The translations under genes were made by a program, and so were the position numbers. The notes beneath the pieces are model-generated. The model did no database searches and was not told where the DNA came from. It saw nothing but the letters and a program-made list of their open reading frames with translations. A DNA stretch of 64,000 nt from an uncultured Actinomycetes bacterium. GTDB lineage: Bacteria; Actinomycetota; Thermoleophilia; Solirubrobacterales; Thermoleophilaceae. The DNA lies in NCBI GenBank assembly GCA_963724205.1, contig CAVRTK010000004.1, positions 303,830 through 367,829 on the forward strand, in the 5' to 3' direction. This document shows, piece by piece, positions 53,371-61,167 of this stretch (its first letter is position 1; every line of letters begins with the position of its first letter).

Positions 53371-54354
53371 TCAGCGCGGGCGGCGCTGCTGGGCGGCGCG
53401 CAGCTCAGGAGTGTGCTGCGACTGATAGGAGTCGTAGGCCTCGACGATGCGCTGCACGAGCTTGTGGCGCACCACGTCCTCGCCGCCGAAGCGGACGAAG
53501 TCGATGCCCTCGACCTCGCCCAGGATGTCGCCGATCACCACGAGGCCGGAGCGCTGGTTCTTCTCCAGGTCGATCTGGGTGATGTCGCCGGTCACGACCA
53601 TCTTCGAGTTGAAGCCGAGCCGGGTCAGGAACATCTTCATCTGCTCGGGCGTCGTGTTCTGCGCCTCGTCGAGGATGATGAACGAGTCGTTGAGCGTGCG
53701 GCCGCGCATGTACGCGAGCGGCGCGACCTCGATCACGTTGCGCTCGAGGTGCTGGTTGACCTTCTCCGGCTCGAGCATGTCGTAGAGCGCGTCGAACAGC
53801 GGGCGCAGGTACGGGTCGACCTTGGCCATCAGGTCGCCGGGCAGGAAGCCGAGCCGCTCGCCGGCCTCGACGGCCGGCCGGGTCAGGACGATGCGGTTGA
53901 CCTCGCGGCGCTGGAGCGCGGCGACCGCGCAGGCCACGGCCAGGAACGACTTGCCGGTGCCCGCCGGGCCGATGCCGACGGTGATCGTCTCGCGGCGGAT
54001 CGCGTCGACGTAGCGCTTCTGGTTGACGGTCTTCGGCGCGACCTTGGTCGAGCGGTGGCGCCAGATCACGTCCTCCAGGATCCGGCTGGGCGACTCGTGC
54101 GCGTCGAGCGCGCTGGTGATCGCCTCGATCGTCCCGGGGATGATCTCGTGGCCCTGGCGGACCAGGTCGGACAGCTCGCGGACGACGGTCTCGGCCATCC
54201 CGACCTCGGCGTCGCCGCCGTCGATCGTCAGCACGTTGCCGCGCAGGAACACGTCGGCGTCGAGGTGGCCCTCGAGCGACTTCATCACGACGTCGCCCGG
54301 ACCGGCCAGCTCGGTCGCGACTTCGTTGGGGAGCTCGAGTTGGCGACGGGCCAC
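53371..54354 (-). CDS. phoH: PhoH-family ATPase
   Basis: ITVGIGPAGTGKSFLAVACAV (Walker A); FIILDEAQNTT (Walker B); conserved C-terminal region. The GTG start overlaps the yqeY stop by 1 nt. Confidence 0.85.
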   Translation of the reverse strand: MARRQLELPNEVATELAGPGDVVMKSLEGHLDADVFLRGNVLTIDGGDAEVGMAETVVRELSDLVRQGHEIIPGTIEAITSALDAHESPSRILEDVIWRHRSTKVAPKTVNQKRYVDAIRRETITVGIGPAGTGKSFLAVACAVAALQRREVNRIVLTRPAVEAGERLGFLPGDLMAKVDPYLRPLFDALYDMLEPEKVNQHLERNVIEVAPLAYMRGRTLNDSFIILDEAQNTTPEQMKMFLTRLGFNSKMVVTGDITQIDLEKNQRSGLVVIGDILGEVEGIDFVRFGGEDVVRHKLVQRIVEAYDSYQSQHTPELRAAQQRRPR

Positions 54355-54796
54355 TAGGCGGTCAGGAGCTCCTTCACGAGGGCGCTCACGCGCTTGCCGT
54401 CCGCGCGGCCCTGGATCCGCGGCATGACCTGGGACATGACCTTGCCCATCTCCTTCGGCGACGAGGCGCCGGACTCCGCCACGACGTCGCCGACGATCGC
54501 GCGCAGCTCCTCGTCGGAGAGCTGGGCGGGCAGGTACGCCTCGATGATCGCCGCCTCGCGCTGCTCGCCGTCGGCCAGGTCCGTCGCGCGAGGCCTCGCG
54601 GTAGGCGTCTGCGGCCTCCAGGCGGCGCTTGCGCTCGCGCTGGAGCACGGCGACCTCGTCGGCCTGGCTCCCGCTTGCCTCCTTGTGCGCCTTCTGGAGC
54701 TCGTTCGAGATCAGGCGCAGAGCGTTCACGCGCTCGCGGTCGCCCGCGCGCATCGCGTCCTTCGTGTCGGTCTGTACCTGTTCGAGCAGCGACATG
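54355..54796 (-). CDS. yqeY: GatB/YqeY-domain protein, frameshifted
   Basis: MSLLEQVQTDTKDAMRAGDRERVNALRLISNELQKAHKE...VAVLQRERKRRLEAADAYREA; C-terminus ...ALVKELLTA* in a second frame. Confidence 0.75.
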
Positions 54797-54809
54797 TGCA
54801 CGATCAATT

Positions 54810-55238
54810 CTATGCGGGCGGGCGGCAGGCGCTGCACAGGCCGGTGACCACCAGCTCGGCCCGCTCGGGGGCGAAGCCGTGACGCTCGGCCGACGCGAGG
54901 GCGGCGGCGGTGTCCAGGTCCAGGTCGACGTCGATCACCCGGCGGCAGCTCGAGCACACCAGATGGTGGTGGTCGTCGGTGTGCGGGTCGTACAGGACGG
55001 CCCCGGGGGCGACCGTCACCCGGCGCGCGAAGCCCAGGTCGGCCAGCACCTCGAGCGCCGAGTAGACCGTCGGCACCGCGACGTTGGGGAACTCCGTGGC
55101 CACCTCGGTGGTGACCTCGTCGACGCTCGCATGGCGGTCCAGCCGCCGCAGGGCGCGCGCGATCACCAGGCGCTGCGGCGTCACGCGCATGCCGTTGTCG
55201 CGGAGGGCCTGGGTGAGGGCTGTGTCGGTCGCGGACAT
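54810..55238 (-). CDS. fur: Fur-family transcriptional regulator
   Basis: RVTPQRLVIARAL (DNA-binding helix); HHHLVCSSCRRVIDVD and CSAC (structural Zn Cys pairs); metal-site His/Asp cluster DPHTDDHHH. Confidence 0.85.
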   Translation of the reverse strand: MSATDTALTQALRDNGMRVTPQRLVIARALRRLDRHASVDEVTTEVATEFPNVAVPTVYSALEVLADLGFARRVTVAPGAVLYDPHTDDHHHLVCSSCRRVIDVDLDLDTAAALASAERHGFAPERAELVVTGLCSACRPPA

Positions 55239-55242
55239 CGTG

Positions 55243-55277
55243 TTAGGCAACCCTTATCCTAAACTATTAGTTATAGT
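55243..55277. promoter_or_regulatory. divergent promoter/operator region between fur and the VIT transporter gene
   Basis: The only AT-rich stretch in the neighbourhood. TTAGG(n10)CCTAA inverted arms at 55243–55262; AACTA-T-TAGTT palindrome at 55262–55272; TATAGT -10-like hexamer at 55272–55277, 6–7 nt before the VIT ATG (leaderless layout). Confidence 0.35.
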
Positions 55278-55793
55278 GTGTCCATGACGACTCTGGCGAG
55301 GACCCTGCTCGCCGGCTGGTACGGAGCCGACGACCGCAAGCGTCTGCTGCAGGTCGTGCAGCCCGGCCTCGTGGGCCTGATCGACGGGACGATCTCGACG
55401 CTCGCGCCGCTGTTCGCGACCGCCTACATCGCCGGCTCGCACGCCGCGCTGCTGGTGGGCCTGGCGGCAGCGCTCGGCGCCGCGATCTCGATGGGCATGT
55501 CCGAGGGGCTCTCCGACGACGGCGAGCTCACCGGCCGCGGGTCGTCGCTGGGCCGCGGGCTGATCACGGGCGGCGGCACGTTCCTCGGCGGCACGTTCCA
55601 CACGCTGCCGTTCCTGATCGACGACGTGAGCACGGCGCTGGCGCTGGCCTACGCGATCGTGTCGGTCGAGCTGTTCGCGATCGCCTTGATTCGCAAGCGC
55701 TTCCTGAACGTGTCGCTGCGCAGCTCGCTGATCCAGGTGACGCTGGGCGGCGCGATCGTCGCGCTGACCGGCTTCGTGGTCGGGCACGCGTAG
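55278..55793 (+). CDS. VIT1/CCC1-family Fe2+/Mn2+ transporter
   Basis: GLIDGTISTLAPLFATAYIAGS...GLSDDGELTGRGS...; five hydrophobic helices. The start is the GTG at 55278 or the ATG at 55284. Confidence 0.75.
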   Translation: MSMTTLARTLLAGWYGADDRKRLLQVVQPGLVGLIDGTISTLAPLFATAYIAGSHAALLVGLAAALGAAISMGMSEGLSDDGELTGRGSSLGRGLITGGGTFLGGTFHTLPFLIDDVSTALALAYAIVSVELFAIALIRKRFLNVSLRSSLIQVTLGGAIVALTGFVVGHA

Positions 55794-55943
55794 CGGCGCG
55801 CGCTCGTTTCACTCAGCACGGCCTCCCGCGGAGCGCCGGCGGCAGAGTCGCTCCCGGCCGCCCGGGTGGGCGCTTTTCGTCTCGTGTATGGAGACGAAAG
55901 GCGCCCAGCGGTCTGATCGAGGCGCGGGCACTAGGGTCCCGGC

Positions 55944-56631
55944 ATGGCGCTCGGCGGGATCAAGGTCGCGACCTTCGACTGCTACGGCACGCTCGTCGAC
56001 TGGGAGGGCGGCGCGGCGTCGTTCCTCTACGACCTGTGCATGCGGCACGGCGACCCCTCCCCTCCCCCCGGCCGTGAGCTGCGGGACCGCTGGGAGGCGA
56101 TCCAGTTCGAGATCGTCTCCGGCGCCGACTACCGGCCCTACAAGCAGGTGCTGGCGGAGTCGCTGCAGGCCTGGATGGAGGAGCGCGGGCTGGAGTACGA
56201 CCCGGTCGAGGGCGACGCCCTCGTGCGCGCGATCCGCTCCTGGCAGCCGTTCCCGGACACCCGCCCGGCGCTCGACGCGCGCCCGCGAGGCCGGCCTGCG
56301 GCTGGTGATCCTCTCGAACACCGACCGCGACATCATCGAGCACACGGTCCGCCACATCGGGGTCCCGTTCGACGACGTCGTGACCGCCGAGGACTGCGGC
56401 GCCTACAAGCCCGCCGACACAGTCTTCGCCCAGGCGCTCGAGCGCATCGGGGAGCCGCCGGACGCGGTGCTGCATGTGGCGTTCGGCTTCAAGTACGACC
56501 TGCCGCCGGCCGAGCGCGCCGGCATGCGCACGGCGTGGGTCAACCGCCATGCCGAGCGGCCGCCCGGCGACGCCCGCCGCGACCACGAGTGGCGCGACCT
56601 GTGGGGCCTGGCGGAGCTGGCGACGGGCTGA
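55944..56631 (+). CDS. HAD-superfamily hydrolase (haloacid dehalogenase type II-like), frameshift about 56285
   Basis: KVATFDCYGTLVDWEG (motif I DxYGT); ...LRLVILSNTDRDIIE (motif II S/T); GAYKP (motif III K); C-terminal part in a second frame. Confidence 0.75.
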
Positions 56632-56641
56632 CCGGCGCGGG

Positions 56642-58684
56642 TCAGCCCGCGCGGACCTTCATCGACTTCGCCGCCGCGGCTGACAGCACGGGGTTGCCGC
56701 CGAACTTGGCCTTGACCGCGAGCCGGCCGTTGCCGAGCGAGCGCCGGGTCGGGAACGCGATCGACGTCCTGAACGTGCAGTCGGAGCGCAGGGTCGCGGT
56801 CTGCGGCAGCCGCAGCTTGCCGACCCGGAACTCGATCGACACCGACCCGCCCGCGGTGCACGCCTGCTCGGGGGTCACCCCGGCCGGCAGCAGCACGGAG
56901 CCGCTCGTCGTGAAGCGGTAGGGCCGCTTGCGGTCGCGCTTGGGGGTCGTGCTCGCGGTCAGCCTCGGCGCGAACCGGCGCACCTCGACGCCGCGGAAGT
57001 CGACCGCCGTCTGGCCCGCCCCGTCGACCGCGATCGCGATCAGCGTGTTGCGGCCGACATCGCCGCCGTTCGGCGAGTACGCGCAGTCGTAGGGCGCGGC
57101 CTCGTCGGTGCAGACGACCTTGCCGTCGTCGAGGAAGGCCACCCGCGCGACCCCGCGGTCGTCAGCGGCGTCCGCCGTGATGTGCGGCGACCCGGCCGGG
57201 TCGATCGCCGTGCCCTCGGCCGGCCCCGTTATCGCAACCGCCGGCGGCCGGTCCTCGGGCTCGGCGGGCGCCTGAGGGGTCTGCTGCGGGGCTGCTGTTG
57301 CTGCTGCTCGGGCGCGGTGCCGCGGAGGCTGATGGCCTGCGATGTCCGGTCTGCCCGGCCGAGTCGAAGGCGATGACGGTGATCGCCTGGGACGGGCCCG
57401 CGGCCGGGCGCGGTGACGCTGGCTGTGTACGGCGGCGTCGTGTCCGGCGGCCGACCGGCGTCGTGCCGCGGAGGAACTCGCACCTTCGCGACGTCGAAGT
57501 CGTCCGTGGCGGTCGCGCTGACGGCACCGTCGAGCCCGGGCTCGGCCTCGGTGCCGTCGGCGGGCGACACGGCTGATCTCCGGCGGGTCGTCGGGCTGGG
57601 GCGCGGGCGCGGCCGGGGCGCCGTCGGGCGCGGTGTCGAAAGTCGCTGGCGTCCACGTTGCTCGTGACCCAGTCGCCGTGCTCGGCGAGGCGTGGCGTGG
57701 GAGGCAGGACGCACGGGCAGGCGCGTCGGCCTCCGACGGGCCGCCGGGATCGCCCCACCAGTTGTTCTTGGCGTCGATGCTCGCCCGCTGCGGACCGTGG
57801 GCTCGCAGCTCGGGTCGGATCCGTGCGCCGAACACGCCGTAAGCGTTGCCCTGGATGTCGTTGTCGTTGACGAGCGCATCCGGCGGGCGCGTTGAGGAAC
57901 CGGACGCCCGCGGCGGACGCCGGGTCGCTGTCGTTGCGGTTGTCGGCGATCAGGTTGCCGTTCGACCGTGACCGTGCGCCCGCGTGCCGTCCGCGATTCG
58001 CGGATGCCGTCCTGACCCGATCCGGAGCTGTGCGGCCGCTCCCGCGGATGACGCTGTCGCTCACCTGCGTGGTCGAGCCCGCCGCCGTCCGACACGGCCG
58101 AGATACCGAGCGGCCCGTAGCCCTCGATCAGCGAACCGGCCACGGTGAGCGTCGTCGCGGCCGCGCCGTCGATCCGCGGAGATCCCCGGGCTGACCGCGT
58201 CGCCCAGGTCGGTGATCCGCGACGCGCGCACGGCTCCCGTTCGACACCGTCGAAGCGAGATGCCCGCCGGCACGTCGGCCGTTCCCGTCCACGATGTCAC
58301 GCCGGAGATGTCGACGGCCCGGTGCCGGTCGCGGTGATCAGGAACGCCGACGCGGAGGCCGGCTCGATCCGCACGAGGTCCGCCCCTGCGCCCTTGATCG
58401 TCAGCGACTGCGTCACGCTGATCGGCGCCTCGGAGTACGTGCCCGGGCAGATCGCGATCGTCGTCGCCGGCGGTCCGCCGCCGCGACCGCTGCCGCGACC
58501 GTACGTGAACTCGCGCGTTCGGGCACTCGGCCTTGCCGCCGTCGTCGACGACAAGCGTCGCCGCAGCCGCGGGCGAAGCGGCCACGGCAAGGCCGACAGC
58601 CGCCAGCGCGGCCGCCCGCGTCAGGCGCGCAATGGAGTCGATGCGGATTCCTCCCCGGAGAGCGAGTCGCTTGCAGCCCGGCAT
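56642..58684 (-). CDS. secreted right-handed beta-helix (CASH/NosD-like) repeat protein with C-terminal Ig-like domain, heavily frameshifted
   Basis: Signal peptide (IARLTRAAALAAVGLAVAASPAAAATL). Beta-helix hallmarks (SLTIKGAGADLVRIEP; NGNLIADNRNDSD...NDNDIQGNAYGVF; NNWWGDPGGP). C-terminal ~200 aa beta-rich Ig-like region (PAVAITGPAEGTAIDP...ADDRGVARVAFLDDGKVV). Fragments lie in at least five frames. Confidence 0.55.
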
Positions 58685-58884
58685 CCCACCGGGCTGCGGC
58701 CATCGTAGAGGCGGCAGGCGGCAATGGCGACCGACTGCCATACGCGCTTAACAAAACGATCGGCGCGGGCCGAAAACCGCTCTGTGCTGCGGTTCTCGGG
58801 CCCGCTTGAGCAGGCCGCGGGACTCCCTGGACATCCGTCCGCCCGCCCTGCGTCGACCCTCGGGACCGTCCGACCACACTGGGA

Positions 58885-60333
58885 GTGCGGCTCCTGTCCG
58901 TCATCGCGTGCTCCCTTTTCCTGGCGCTGCCGGCGTCTGCGTCCGCGCGCGCCAACTTCGGCGCGGGCGTAGTCGGCCAGGCCGAGTCCCACGGCGCCGA
59001 CCCGGCCGTGGTGGTCGACGCGCACCCGGAGCTGCCCGCCCCGAGCGGCGGCTTCACCGGCAGGCCGCTCGCAAACGCAGCGCGGGCGAAGCTGACCGGC
59101 GGCGGAGTCCGGTTCCGGCTGCCGACCGGCTGGTGCGGCGACCAGCGCGCGACCGACGACCGCGACCACGAGATGGACAACGGCGCGTTCCGCTACCACG
59201 CGATCTACGCGCTGCCGAGCGACGCCGCGGACCGCTTCCGCCAGTTCGCCGACAGCATCCAGGCCGACTCGTTCCAGGCCTCCGCGCTGCTCGAGCAGTC
59301 GTACGGCCGCGCGATCCGCTTCGACCTCGGAACCAGCTGCGGCCGCCAGTACCTCGACATCAGCACCGTCCGCCTGCCCTACACGACCGCACAGATGCAG
59401 GGGCTGGCCTCGACGCCCACCGGCACGCTCGAAGCCGTGTCCAACGGCATCAACGCCGCGGGCTTCCCGACCATCCGCCCGACCGACACCGTCGAGTCCG
59501 CGTCGACCCGCAACCGCAACTTCGTCGTCTGGATCGACGCCCCGGCGCCCGCCGGCGCGTGCGGCCAGGCCACCAGCTACGACGACCAGACGCGCGACCC
59601 GTCGAACCTGAACAACCTGGGCGGCAAGGTGGCCGTGGTCTTCCCCAACGGCAACGGCGCGTTCTGCTCGTCGAACACGGTCCGCCACGAGATCGGGCAC
59701 AACCTGGGCGCCCTCCAGCCGACCGCGCCGCACGCGTTCGACGGCGCCCACTGCAACGACTCGTACGAGGACACCATGTGTTACTCGAACGCGCCGCGCA
59801 CCCAGAACGGACAGCGCGGCATGTTCTTCGACTACAGGAACGACGACTACTGGGACCCGCCCCAGGGCGCCTCGCTGCCCTGGTGGACCGCGAACCTGAA
59901 CCGCTTCCTGTGCCCGGACGCGGCCTGCAACATCGCGCCGGACGACGGCACCACGGTCGTCCAGGGGTCGGACCCCGACGGCGACGGCGTGACCGACGAC
60001 ACCGACGTCTGCCCCGACGTGGCGGACCCGGACCAGCGCGACTCGGACGGCGACGGGCGCGGCGACGCCTGCTCCCCGGCCGTGCGCCAGTCGGCCGCGA
60101 AGAAGGCGACCGTCAAGCTGAAGGCCAAGCGCTCGAAGAAGGGCTGGAAGGTCACCGTGTCGGCGCGGGGCAGCGGCAGCGCGGTCGTGACGGTGCGCTG
60201 CCGCCGCAGGTCCCACGGCCCGGTGAAGACGGTCCTGTCGAAGAAGACGAAGCTGCCGCGCACGCTGCGAAGCACCGTGCGCTGCGCGACCAAGCCGCGC
60301 GCGGCGATCCTCCAGAGCGGCGACTCCGCCTAG
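58885..60333 (+). CDS. secreted zinc metallopeptidase (HExxH, metzincin-like) with thrombospondin type-3 (TSP3) Ca-binding repeats
   Basis: Intact 482 aa. Signal peptide MRLLSVIACSLFLALPASASA. Zinc motif VRHEIGHNLGAL. Two TSP3-like repeats (DPDGDGVTDDTDVCPDVADPD; DSDGDGRGDACS). Basic C-terminal tail. Confidence 0.75.
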   Translation: MRLLSVIACSLFLALPASASARANFGAGVVGQAESHGADPAVVVDAHPELPAPSGGFTGRPLANAARAKLTGGGVRFRLPTGWCGDQRATDDRDHEMDNGAFRYHAIYALPSDAADRFRQFADSIQADSFQASALLEQSYGRAIRFDLGTSCGRQYLDISTVRLPYTTAQMQGLASTPTGTLEAVSNGINAAGFPTIRPTDTVESASTRNRNFVVWIDAPAPAGACGQATSYDDQTRDPSNLNNLGGKVAVVFPNGNGAFCSSNTVRHEIGHNLGALQPTAPHAFDGAHCNDSYEDTMCYSNAPRTQNGQRGMFFDYRNDDYWDPPQGASLPWWTANLNRFLCPDAACNIAPDDGTTVVQGSDPDGDGVTDDTDVCPDVADPDQRDSDGDGRGDACSPAVRQSAAKKATVKLKAKRSKKGWKVTVSARGSGSAVVTVRCRRRSHGPVKTVLSKKTKLPRTLRSTVRCATKPRAAILQSGDSA

Positions 60334-60345
60334 CCGCGTCTCCGC

Positions 60346-60657
60346 TCAGCCCTCGCGGCCGGGCGGCACGACCTCCTCGACGACCTCGAAGAGCCCGTCG
60401 ACGATCAGCTCCTCGACGTGCTCGGCCATCGCCGCCTGGCGGCGGGACTCGACGCCGGCCACGTCCTCGCGGTAGCCGCTGATGTCGTCGACCCCGGCAT
60501 CGAGGAACCCGAACGAGATCACCACGTCCGGGTTCCGCGTGTCGCGCACGTGGTAGGCGCGCTGTAGGGGTGGCGGGAACTCCTCGGGCTCCCATGCGGC
60601 TCGGAACGCCTCGTAGGCGCCCGGCTTGAGCTTGCGGACGCTCAGTGCGCAGAGCAT
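60346..60657 (-). CDS. hypothetical protein (103 aa), possibly an alpha/beta-barrel (ABM/Dabb-like) fold
   Basis: Intact, non-repetitive. No firm domain assignment. Confidence 0.4.
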   Translation of the reverse strand: MLCALSVRKLKPGAYEAFRAAWEPEEFPPPLQRAYHVRDTRNPDVVISFGFLDAGVDDISGYREDVAGVESRRQAAMAEHVEELIVDGLFEVVEEVVPPGREG

Positions 60658-60666
60658 CGCGTGCCC

Positions 60667-61029
60667 CTACGCGTCCCACGCCTGGAGGCCGCGCTGGCGC
60701 GCGATGCGCCCGTCGCGGAGCTCTGCCGTGGTCATGCACAGGACCTTGTTCCCGTCCGGGTAGGTGCAGTCGATCGTGTACGACAGGCGGTCCCCATCGA
60801 CGACGATGCCGCCGACCTCGTGGGTCATGTCGCGGCTCGCGACGTCGGCGAGGAAGTCGCCGATCTGCTCGCGGCCCTGGATGACGAGCGGCTTGCTCGG
60901 CGGGTTGAGGCTGTCGACGACCTCGACGGTCGCGTCGTCGGTGAACAGCTCGACCTGGGCGGCCGCGTTGCGCTCCTCGATCGCGCGCTTGAGCGCCTGT
61001 GCATCGAACGTTGTTGCGGCGGTGGCCAT
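60667..61029 (-). CDS. SnoaL-like / NTF2-family protein
   Basis: ATG at 61029 preceded by AGGAGG. MATAATTFDAQALKRAIEERNAAAQVELFTDDATVEVVD...GNKVLCMTTAELRDGRIARQ, 121 aa. The ORF track extends N-terminally into non-protein-like sequence. Confidence 0.6.
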   Translation of the reverse strand: MATAATTFDAQALKRAIEERNAAAQVELFTDDATVEVVDSLNPPSKPLVIQGREQIGDFLADVASRDMTHEVGGIVVDGDRLSYTIDCTYPDGNKVLCMTTAELRDGRIARQRGLQAWDA

Positions 61030-61167
61030 GAGGGACCTCCTGGTTTCGCATCGGCCCGGGCCGGTCCCGGGCGCCTGTTCCCCACCATGGACCGCCTGCG
61101 TCAAACCACCGTCAAGCTGCCCGTCAAACCCCTGTCCGCCCGCCTGGCCCGGCGTTAGGGTGGCGTC

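Noticed and set aside
53371-54957. Single 528-aa ORF read as a fusion of YqeY and PhoH
   Set aside because: The YqeY C-terminus (...ALVKELLTA*) ends in another frame at 54355 and the PhoH N-terminus starts with GTG at 54354. The apparent fusion is a read-through caused by the yqeY frameshift, and there are two separate genes.
55243-55262. Possible DtxR/IdeR iron box (TTAGGCAACCCTTATCCTAA)
   Set aside because: Only the outer TTAGG/CCTAA arms match the IdeR consensus (TTAGGTTAGGCTAACCTAA). The centre is not palindromic and no DtxR gene is nearby. It is kept only as a generic operator-like repeat in the fur–VIT promoter.
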